Shown here: positions 1 through 7,717 of the stretch, one piece after another
Numbering within the stretch: the first letter of the stretch is position 1
Layout: each line of letters begins with the position of its first letter
Assembly: GCA_019058015.1 (NCBI GenBank)
Contig: JAHLWH010000184.1
Span: forward strand, 1-12,820
DNA: 12,820 bases
Reading direction: 5' to 3'
Origin: Promethearchaeota archaeon
Lineage (GTDB): Archaea; Asgardarchaeota; Lokiarchaeia; Sigyniarchaeales; SOKP01
Translations under genes and position numbers: made by a program
Notes under the pieces: model-generated
Databases searched by the model: none
Told to the model about the DNA's origin: nothing
What the model saw: the letters and a program-made list of their open reading frames with translations, nothing else

Positions 1-873
1 AAACAAATGAAAGAGGACATAACATATGTCGTAGAACATACTGACAAGCCTTTCGGATTAAATATTAGAACCGGAAGAATGCAACTTGACGCCCAAAATC
101 TTTGCAGAAATGTTCCAAAATTTATCATGAACAACCCAAAAATAAAAGAACAATGTATCTACGTGATTACAAGTGCTGGCTCTTCAAAACTAATATATAC
201 TAAACCTTTCCAAAGATTAAGAGAAAGCGGTTCAAATATAAAACATTTCCATGTGGCGCCAGCTCTATGGCTTGCTGATAAGTGTGTTGCTACAGGAGTT
301 GATGGTATGGTTGTTACAGGAGGAGAAGGTGGTGGTCATCAATCCTATGAGAAAGTAAGCTCATTAGTTCTTTTGCAACAAGTTAGACAAAAACATCCTG
401 ATATGCCAATAATTGCATGTGGAGGTTTTGCAACCGGTGAAGGTCTTGCCGCCGCGTTTTCTATGGGTGCTGGTGCAATCGCGATGGGCTCTAGATTTAT
501 AGCCTCAAAAGAAAGTGAATTTCACCCAGATTACAAGGATATTGTACCACCAGCAAGAGCTCAAGATACTGTTTTAGTAACTGGTTTTCTAGGACCGATT
601 AGATTATGGAAAAATAAATATGCCGCACACCATGGTCTTGTTGCAAGTAAAGAAGAAAAAATGGCTGAGGAACAGGGTTTATCATTACAACAGGTTTTAG
701 AAGAAGGAAAATATTATGAAATGATATATGATGGAAACATGGATGATGGTGCCGTGCTTTTAGGTCAAAGTATAGGAATTATGAAAAGCATTAGGAGCGT
801 ATCGGAAATAATCAATACTATAGTCTCAGACGCTGAAAAATGCCTAAAACATGCTAATACCTTAATCAATTAA
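1..873 (+). CDS. Nitronate monooxygenase / FabK-like FMN-dependent oxidoreductase (2-nitropropane dioxygenase family), 5'-truncated by the window
   Basis: Family motifs TDKPFGLN, GxEGGGH (catalytic His) and the FMN phosphate-binding segment IIACGGFATGEGLAAAFSMGAGAIAMGSRFIASKES. The frame is open from base 1 (aaa caa atg) and the usual N-terminal PIIQGxM segment is absent, so the true start probably lies upstream. Substrate cannot be determined from sequence. Confidence 0.88.
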   Translation, partial: KQMKEDITYVVEHTDKPFGLNIRTGRMQLDAQNLCRNVPKFIMNNPKIKEQCIYVITSAGSSKLIYTKPFQRLRESGSNIKHFHVAPALWLADKCVATGVDGMVVTGGEGGGHQSYEKVSSLVLLQQVRQKHPDMPIIACGGFATGEGLAAAFSMGAGAIAMGSRFIASKESEFHPDYKDIVPPARAQDTVLVTGFLGPIRLWKNKYAAHHGLVASKEEKMAEEQGLSLQQVLEEGKYYEMIYDGNMDDGAVLLGQSIGIMKSIRSVSEIINTIVSDAEKCLKHANTLIN

Positions 874-903
874 GTGTTAAAAAGCAAATTAAAATAAAAC
901 AAT

Positions 904-932
904 ATTCTCTTATTGTTTTTTTATTCTCTTTT
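904..932 (+). terminator. Putative archaeal oligo-T terminator for the flavoenzyme gene
   Basis: T-rich tract (ttgttttttttattctcttt) about 30-60 nt after the stop at 873. A-tracts at about 985-1055 give matching T-tracts on the minus strand for the convergent gene. Confidence 0.45.
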
Positions 933-1066
933 GATATATTTCTAATCTTAAACAAAAAGTAAATTAAAAGATTATTAATAACAAATAAAAAAAATCGAAT
1001 CTACAGACACTTATCATAAAAAAATTACTTATATTGATTAAAAAACAAAAATAATAAAAATTTAGA

Positions 1067-3613
1067 TTAGATTGGCCGCGAGTTCGCTTGAAATATTGGG
1101 CCAATAAATTGACTATAGAGTATTGCATAACCTTCCTCTTCGCTAATTACCGCTACTATGTCCTCATCCTTCTTTGAGGCAGGAGCAAGCAGTACTTCTT
1201 CTGCATCCCTGGTAACCGCGTAAAAATCTCCCTTGGATTTTAACTGGCGAAATTGAATATTCCCCAAGGTTTTCATTTTAGTTATAATATCACCATATTG
1301 AGCAAGATTCCAGTGTGAAGTCAATAGGAATCTGGCTGCTTTCTTTTGAAATGCAACTTGTGAGATTAATTGCAATATCTCTGGAATAACAATTGGAGTA
1401 ACGATAATAATGGAACTTTTGGTTCTATGAATTGTATCTTTAATCGCGGCTATTAACGCTTCCACACCAATTGTATGCCAAGTGTTAACCTTCTTAATTT
1501 CTGGGATTGCACTTGAAGCTTGATCAATATCATTCAATTTCTCTTCGTTCTTTTCGGCCGTTTCACTGCAATCATCTATTGAGTTCATGAATGTTAGAGT
1601 AAAATCCGCAATTGCATCCTTGACGTTTTGAATTGTGTCTTTAACCGTGTTCGAAAGGCTACTTTGCAGAGTAGTTGCATTCTCTTTATATTTATTTTTA
1701 TGATCTTCAAGCATATCAAATAGATTTTTATCTAAATCGCTGCAATCATTATTAAAGAAATTAATCTCTCCATCAACTTTAGATGTTGTAGATTGCTTTG
1801 ATCTGTCGAAATCACTTCGAATTTTGCTAAGACGCTCATCAAACATTTCTCTTTGTTTTATTCTATAATTATCACGATGGGTATCGATATCCTTTATTTG
1901 AATATTAACTTCATTTGTTACATCAGAAATTCCAGCATTAAATTTAATATCCATATCTTTAACAAAATCCTCATTTAACCTCTTCACATCAGCATCGGAA
2001 TCATTATAATGTTTTATTGTGACATTATTATGTCGTGTGATCGCCTTATTATAATCATCATGATGTTGATGTAGGGAAGTTTCCAATGAATCTTTTAATT
2101 TTAAAGAAGTATCTGAACAGTGTTTTACACCTTCATCTATAGTAGAATCCACTTCACCTACGAGGTCATTTGCAAGAGGTCCCATATCTGAGTCAATTGT
2201 ACTTTGTGCTCTTGAATTTAAATCTGTTGTTTGCTTACTAAATTCCTCATTTTCTAAAGAAATGGTTGTTGTTACATCGTTTTTTAAATCTCTCGTAGTT
2301 TTAGAAGTATCTTCAATATATATCTCAGTTGATTGTGAAAATTCTTGCTTTAATTTATCCGATATTGTTTCTACTTTTTCTTGAACCTCTTTATAAATAG
2401 CTTTATATTTTTTATGTTTCCCAGCGAAAAGCGCTTTAAAAGCAGCACCTCTCTTTTTTAATTCAGACGATAGATCAGTGAGTTTTTCACTAGTGGTTAC
2501 TAAATTGTCCATTAATGTAAGAGTAGTATCTCTAAATTGTTTAACTTGGTTCTCTAGAGTCTTATGACGATTTTCTACATGATCCTTAATCCTTTCTTGA
2601 AGTTGTGTTGATGTTTTATTTAATGTGGATATATGTTCCTTAAACAAGGTATCAATTCTCTCTTTCAAATCAACAATGACCTTATTCATTTGATCCATAT
2701 ATTTTTCTAAAATTTTCTCCATCTTTGGTTTAAGATCTGCAGCCTCATCCTTATGATGATCAACATGAGCATCTAAATCCTTTTTCAATTCGGTCTCTAA
2801 GTTTGAGATTCTATTTAAAAAATCATCAAGTAAGGCTTTTACGATTGAATTAATATCATTTTTTGCGGTTGTTGTTCCATTCTCAGAAGTATCAACGAAA
2901 GTTTTAGAGATATTTTTAACAGTTTCATTAAGTGTGTTAAGTATGTTGTGAAAATTAAATTCTAAAGTTTTCGTTGCTTTATTATGGGTTTCCGAGATTT
3001 TATCTAATTCAGAATTTACCTCATAATCCAATTCATCAATATCACTCTTTAACTCAGAATAATCTTTATCAACTGTTCCATGCAACTCATTTTCAACAGA
3101 CTTTAATGTATCTGTAAGCCTCTTGTTTGCTGCGTCAATTTTTTCTTTCTTATAGGTTTCCTTTTTGTCAGAATCGACAAAAAAATCATTAATTTGAGTC
3201 TCAACAGCGTTTGTAACTTCATTTATTGTATTATCCTGAATACCTTCCAAAGTTTCAAAGCGATTACTTTGATCAGCAAGAACATCATCCTTAGTTTTTG
3301 ATATCTCATCTCTTAAAACTTTAGATTGCTTTATAAATAAGTCAAAAAATGGTTCAAGCGGAATATAGCGATCCACAATACCAGGAATTTTCTTTAAAAA
3401 TCCTTTACTTACTAAATCGGCCGTGATTTCTGTGAATTTCTGAAGATCCGCTTCTAAACTTTCAAACGCAATATCTTTATCTTTATTTATATACATATAA
3501 ACTTGACTTATCGTAGCGCGTGGAAGCCTTAGAAAAGTTAAATAAACACCAATCATATCTTCGGTAAAACCATATTGCGTAAATATTTCCTTCGTAAATT
3601 CTTTTAGCGACAT
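1067..3613 (-). CDS. TrmB-like wHTH + very long coiled coil + degenerate PLD-like C-terminal domain protein (848 aa), function unknown
   Basis: Residues 1-88 match the TrmB N-terminal pattern (YGFTEDMIGVYLTFL..., LVSKGFLKKIPG, RYIPLEP). Residues ~89-702 are charged and helical, nearly Pro-free, with 11-residue hydrophobic periodicity. Residues 711-848 match the TrmB C-terminal/PLD-like pattern (TWHTIGVEALIAAIKDTIHRTKSSIIIVTP; FYAVTRDAEEVLLAP). No Walker A motif or TM helix seen. Confidence 0.75.
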   Translation of the reverse strand: MSLKEFTKEIFTQYGFTEDMIGVYLTFLRLPRATISQVYMYINKDKDIAFESLEADLQKFTEITADLVSKGFLKKIPGIVDRYIPLEPFFDLFIKQSKVLRDEISKTKDDVLADQSNRFETLEGIQDNTINEVTNAVETQINDFFVDSDKKETYKKEKIDAANKRLTDTLKSVENELHGTVDKDYSELKSDIDELDYEVNSELDKISETHNKATKTLEFNFHNILNTLNETVKNISKTFVDTSENGTTTAKNDINSIVKALLDDFLNRISNLETELKKDLDAHVDHHKDEAADLKPKMEKILEKYMDQMNKVIVDLKERIDTLFKEHISTLNKTSTQLQERIKDHVENRHKTLENQVKQFRDTTLTLMDNLVTTSEKLTDLSSELKKRGAAFKALFAGKHKKYKAIYKEVQEKVETISDKLKQEFSQSTEIYIEDTSKTTRDLKNDVTTTISLENEEFSKQTTDLNSRAQSTIDSDMGPLANDLVGEVDSTIDEGVKHCSDTSLKLKDSLETSLHQHHDDYNKAITRHNNVTIKHYNDSDADVKRLNEDFVKDMDIKFNAGISDVTNEVNIQIKDIDTHRDNYRIKQREMFDERLSKIRSDFDRSKQSTTSKVDGEINFFNNDCSDLDKNLFDMLEDHKNKYKENATTLQSSLSNTVKDTIQNVKDAIADFTLTFMNSIDDCSETAEKNEEKLNDIDQASSAIPEIKKVNTWHTIGVEALIAAIKDTIHRTKSSIIIVTPIVIPEILQLISQVAFQKKAARFLLTSHWNLAQYGDIITKMKTLGNIQFRQLKSKGDFYAVTRDAEEVLLAPASKKDEDIVAVISEEEGYAILYSQFIGPIFQANSRPI

Positions 3614-3659
3614 TAAAATTTCACTTATAATAGGATTACTTTATTTGTGTTTATTGTTA

Positions 3660-3705
3660 AATAATATTTAATTTTACATAATTAATAATATTTAATTTAT
3701 AATTA
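3660..3705. repeat. Direct repeat of 15 bp (AATAATATTTAATTT) with 24-bp period in the divergent promoter region
   Basis: Exact copies at 3660-3674 and 3684-3698, each followed within 0-3 nt by ATAATTA. Background is very AT-rich, so significance is modest. Confidence 0.4.
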
Positions 3706-3979
3706 TTTCTTACTACTTTCGCAATTTTATCTTTTTTCAATTAAAAATCCTTAATTTTTCTCCAAAAATTTAATGAATAATAGTTTTGTTTAATATAAAT
3801 CTTTTTTATTACTTTCTAATAAAAATATAATTAATAACCCGTTTTCATGGATTAAACAAAAAAATATATATATATAGCTGATTTCCTAATTCTATAACAG
3901 ATTTTAAATTATAAATTTATAATAAAGAAAATCTTCAATTTTAAATATTTAAAAGACAAATTATCTTTTAATAAAAAAT

Positions 3980-4036
3980 CCAAAAATATTAAATGATTAT
4001 ATCTAATTTAATTAAGAAAATTAATAATTAGGTGGG
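3980..4036 (+). promoter_or_regulatory. Candidate BRE/TATA promoter and Shine-Dalgarno site of the beta-helix gene
   Basis: CCAAAAATATTAAAT at 3980-3994 resembles an archaeal BRE+TATA. AGGTGGG at 4030-4036 sits 6 nt before ATG 4043. A similar ATCCAAAAAATTATAT precedes the HtpX gene at about 7635-7650. Confidence 0.4.
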
Positions 4037-4042
4037 CGAGAA

Positions 4043-7000
4043 ATGTTTTTATCAAATAAAAGAATTAGATTTAAAAGATTATTTATAGTAGTAACCATCT
4101 CATTTTCATTCTTCTTCTTTTTAAATACAGAATTTTCCGCTATGATTTATGAAAATGGAAAGTTTTACAATGAAATTAATACAGAGACAGAAAAATTAAG
4201 AATTTCAAAAATTTCAGAAATAATTCATATTGATAATAACTGGACAGATGCTAAAAATGCTGGAATATGTACGGGTTCAGGCACATATTCCGATCCATAT
4301 ATAATAGAGGATTTAATAATAGATGGCGGCGGCTATGGAAGTTGTATATCTATTAATAATACAGAAGTTTATTTTATAATCAGAAATTGTACTGGCTACA
4401 ATTCAGGGATGGAATATACAAATAGAGATGCAGGAATCAAATTAGAAAATATCAGTAATGGAACGTTAATTAATAATACTCTTTATGATAATCATTTTGG
4501 GATATATTTGTTTATAAGTCTTTTTAACAATATCTCTGAAAATATGGCAAATATTAACAGTTATGGGATATATTTGGCTGGCAGTTCTCATAATAACATA
4601 ACAAGAAACACCGCAATTAACCACTCTTGTAGTGGGATACAATTACATGAATGTTGTCATTATAATTTTATCTCAAATAATACAGTGAATTATAACCATG
4701 ATGGAATAAATATTATTAATAGTGATAATAACACTTTCTATGGAAATGTAGTAAATAATAACAAGTATCATGGAATAATTAATTCTGACAGTAATAATAA
4801 CAACTTTACAGGAAACAATATAAGAGATAATAAATTTGGGATACATATTAGCTCTAGCTTTAATAACATCCTATCGGGAAATTATTTAAGTGAGTGTGGG
4901 TTATGGATTACTGGTTGGACACTTGAAGTAGTGTCTTCACATATAATTGATATATTAAACAAAATAAATGGAAAATCATTATATTATTATACCCATAAAA
5001 AAGGTTTAATCCCAAATAATTTCTCGAATGCTGGCCAAGTCATATTAGCAAATTGTAGTAATTCTATAGTATCAAATTTAAATGTTACTTACGGTTCAAT
5101 TGGAATTTCTTTATACTATTCTAATAATATCACGGTTTCTAACGTTAATGCTTCATACAATACTTATATGGGAATATTTTTAAAATGCAGCAATAACAAT
5201 TCCCTCTTAAAAAACAATGTAAGCAACACGGATTCTTATGGCTTTCGCTTAGAAGATAGTCATAATAATAATATTTCACGAAATATTGCAAGTAACAATG
5301 TGGGATTTGGGATTATGTTATCTCAAAATTGTAATAACAATACTCTCTTTGAGAACACTGCAAATAACAACACCGGTTGCGGGATATATTTAAGTGTAGA
5401 TAATAATTATAATAGAATCTTAGGAAACACCGCATCTAACAATAATAATAATGGGATAAAATTGTTCTATTGTAAGAATAACATAATCTATGCAAATAAC
5501 ATAGCAAATAACGGTTTAACAGGGATATATATTGGAGGGAATAGTAAATATAATAACATTACTGAAAATATTGCAATAAACAATGATGATTATGGAATTC
5601 AAAACATGGGTATTAATAATACTATTTTGGGGAATAATATGACGGGTAGTGGTTTTGGGGTCTTTAGAATGGGGGACTATGGATCTCTTGAAGAAATGTC
5701 TTCAAATACAATTGATATTACAAACAATGTAAATGGAAAACCCTTATATTACTATACCAACGAAAAAGGTTTAATCCCAAGTAATTTCTCTAATTCTGGA
5801 CAAATTATTTTGATCAATTGTAACGATTCATTAATTTCAAACTTAAACATTTCTTATGGCTCAATCGGCATTTCTTTATTTTATTGTAATAATAATACAA
5901 TTTCTAACAACAGTGTATGTAAAAATAATATCGCTGGTATATTCTTAAGATATTGTAATAATAACACTATGTCGGAAAATAACGCAAGCAATAATCGAGG
6001 TTCTGTTTATAATTACGGCGGTATTCATTTAGAATATAGTAATAATAACACAATCTTGAGAAATAGTATTAATAACAACTCCTTTTATGGGATTGATTTG
6101 TATTGGGGTAATAGGAATCTAATTTTGGAAAATAACGTAACAGATAATGATTCTGGGATATCATTGAGTTTTAGTACTAATAATAATCTAACTAAAAATA
6201 ATTTAATCAGGTGTGGAGTTTTAATAGAAGGATCATCGCTTGAATTTTTTAGCTCGCATTATATAGATACGACAAATCTAGTGAATGGAAAGCTTATATA
6301 TTATTATGTAAATGAAACTAAATTAGAACCAAGCAATTATATTAATGCCGGACAATTAATTTTTGTTAATTGTAACGATTCACTTATATCAAACATAGAT
6401 ATTTCCTATAGCACTGTAGGAATTGCATTATATTTTTGTTATAATAATACAATAAAAGATAATATTATTGAACACATTTTTGTTTATGGGATGTTGGTAT
6501 TGTATGGTGAGGATAATACTTTATTGAATAATATCTTTGAATATACGGGTATAACTATATTTATGAGTAATAATAACAAAATCACAGGAAATATAATAAT
6601 TGAGAGTAAGTACTATGGATTATACCTACATGGTAGTAATGGTAATAATATCTCTGGAAACAATGCGAATAACAACAATATTGACGGGATTTATGTGTCT
6701 CATAGTAATAATAATACTTTTTTAAATAACATCGTGGAAAATAATGGACAAAATGGGATACATTTAAATTTCGCTATTTCCAATTTATTTACAGGAAATA
6801 AAATCAGTGATAATTTTGACAAAGGAATATTTGTTGATATAGAAAGCGAGAATAACTTATTTTATTCTAATTCTTTTATGAATAATTGTATTAACGCATT
6901 TGATAAGGGTGACAATAATGATTGGAATATCTCCGTTATAGGAAATTATTGGGATGATTATACTGGTGTTGATGTTAACCCTATTGATGGAATAGGTGAT

Positions 7001-7486
7001 ACACCTCATATCTTTGAAGAAGGTGTTGATTATTTTCCTATTTGGGATAGTTTAGCTCCAATAATTACTATTATAACACCAATAAATAATACTGAAATTG
7101 GAAGGACTGCTCCCACCTTTAATATTGAAATCATTGAGCCAAATTTAGATATTCTGTGGTATACTATTGATGGTGGTATGACCAATATGGTTTTTGTATC
7201 AAACGGAACCATAGATCAAATTTTATGGGAAACTCTATGGGATTCTTTATTAGAAGGTGATTCTATAACGATAACATTTTACGCAAATGATACTTTTGGT
7301 CAAATTGGTTATAATGAAGTTATTGTTTTAAAAAACATTCCTGAAGTGCCTGAAGAACCCGAAGAACCCGAAGAACCCGAGGAACCTGGTCAAGGAGGAA
7401 TTATTCTAGGATATGATCTATTTATTTTTATGGGTTGTATATTCATCTTATCTATAATATTAATTAAAAAGCGCTCTAAATTTTAA
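4043..7486 (+). CDS. Secreted, C-terminally anchored right-handed parallel beta-helix (NosD/CASH/PbH1 repeat) surface protein
   Basis: Basic + hydrophobic N-terminal signal (KRIRFKRLFIVVTISFSFFFFL), GSGTYSDPYIIEDLII cap, many GIxL..SxNNxIxxN repeats, GNYWDDY..D..DGIGDTP cap, Ig-like domain (APIITIITP...ITITFYANDTFG), PEE linker, C-terminal TM helix and basic tail. Many N-x-S/T sequons. Confidence 0.9.
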   Translation: MFLSNKRIRFKRLFIVVTISFSFFFFLNTEFSAMIYENGKFYNEINTETEKLRISKISEIIHIDNNWTDAKNAGICTGSGTYSDPYIIEDLIIDGGGYGSCISINNTEVYFIIRNCTGYNSGMEYTNRDAGIKLENISNGTLINNTLYDNHFGIYLFISLFNNISENMANINSYGIYLAGSSHNNITRNTAINHSCSGIQLHECCHYNFISNNTVNYNHDGINIINSDNNTFYGNVVNNNKYHGIINSDSNNNNFTGNNIRDNKFGIHISSSFNNILSGNYLSECGLWITGWTLEVVSSHIIDILNKINGKSLYYYTHKKGLIPNNFSNAGQVILANCSNSIVSNLNVTYGSIGISLYYSNNITVSNVNASYNTYMGIFLKCSNNNSLLKNNVSNTDSYGFRLEDSHNNNISRNIASNNVGFGIMLSQNCNNNTLFENTANNNTGCGIYLSVDNNYNRILGNTASNNNNNGIKLFYCKNNIIYANNIANNGLTGIYIGGNSKYNNITENIAINNDDYGIQNMGINNTILGNNMTGSGFGVFRMGDYGSLEEMSSNTIDITNNVNGKPLYYYTNEKGLIPSNFSNSGQIILINCNDSLISNLNISYGSIGISLFYCNNNTISNNSVCKNNIAGIFLRYCNNNTMSENNASNNRGSVYNYGGIHLEYSNNNTILRNSINNNSFYGIDLYWGNRNLILENNVTDNDSGISLSFSTNNNLTKNNLIRCGVLIEGSSLEFFSSHYIDTTNLVNGKLIYYYVNETKLEPSNYINAGQLIFVNCNDSLISNIDISYSTVGIALYFCYNNTIKDNIIEHIFVYGMLVLYGEDNTLLNNIFEYTGITIFMSNNNKITGNIIIESKYYGLYLHGSNGNNISGNNANNNNIDGIYVSHSNNNTFLNNIVENNGQNGIHLNFAISNLFTGNKISDNFDKGIFVDIESENNLFYSNSFMNNCINAFDKGDNNDWNISVIGNYWDDYTGVDVNPIDGIGDTPHIFEEGVDYFPIWDSLAPIITIITPINNTEIGRTAPTFNIEIIEPNLDILWYTIDGGMTNMVFVSNGTIDQILWETLWDSLLEGDSITITFYANDTFGQIGYNEVIVLKNIPEVPEEPEEPEEPEEPGQGGIILGYDLFIFMGCIFILSIILIKKRSKF
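4940..6445 (+). repeat. Three dispersed in-frame 189-nt (63-aa) repeats within the beta-helix gene
   Basis: Copies at 4940-5128, 5705-5893 and 6257-6445 share the consensus IDxxNxVNGKxxYYY...xxPxNFxNxGQxIxxNCxxSxISNxxxSYxxxGIxLxxxxN. Copies 1 and 2 are similar at DNA level (aaaaaggtttaatcccaaRtaatttctc). Confidence 0.9.
7340..7387 (+). repeat. 9-bp coding tandem repeat (CCYGARGWR x5) encoding the PEV-PEE-PEE-PEE-PEE-P linker
   Basis: cctgaagtg cctgaagaa cccgaagaa cccgaagaa cccgaggaa cct read directly from the sequence. Confidence 0.9.
7400..7486 (+). other. Loki-CTERM-like C-terminal sorting segment
   Basis: IILGYD + hydrophobic helix LFIFMGCIFILSIILI + KKRSKF. This is the tripartite layout of archaeal sorting signals such as PGF-CTERM and resembles the IPGY-type Loki-CTERM, with Leu in place of Pro. 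Confidence 0.7.
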
Positions 7487-7495
7487 AATCATATC

Positions 7496-7517
7496 TATTT
7501 TTTTTAATTATTTTTTT
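7496..7517 (+). terminator. Putative oligo-T terminator
   Basis: Two T-runs (tatttttttaattattttttt) starting 10 nt after the stop at 7486. Confidence 0.55.
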
Positions 7518-7717
7518 AATAATTCCCAATTTAGTTAAGCATTTAAAATAGCAAATAAAACAAATTAAATTAGGAATAATTGTCCCTCTTTGCAGTAATA
7601 GAAAAAAAATAATAAAAAATGGATCTAAAATTGAATCCAAAAAATTATATTCTCGTTTAATTTCATATTTCTATAACAAAATAATCATAAACAAATCTAA
7701 ATAAAAATATGTGATAA

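Noticed and set aside
1067-3613. Annotation as SMC/Rad50 or methyl-accepting chemotaxis protein
   Set aside because: No Walker A/B or LSGG signature, no CxxC hook, no MCP signalling-tip motif and no TM helices; the resemblance is geometric only.
3864-3876. Short (AT)n dinucleotide run in the intergenic region
   Set aside because: About six units in very AT-rich DNA; not distinguishable from background or a TATA element.
7030-7212. 60-aa minus-strand ORF
   Set aside because: Entirely antisense to the Ig-like domain of the well-supported beta-helix gene, with no recognisable motif; treated as a shadow ORF.
4043-7486. Annotation as true NosD of nitrous oxide reductase maturation
   Set aside because: No nosZ/F/Y neighbours in the window. 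The size, Ig-like domain and C-terminal anchor indicate a generic beta-helix surface protein.
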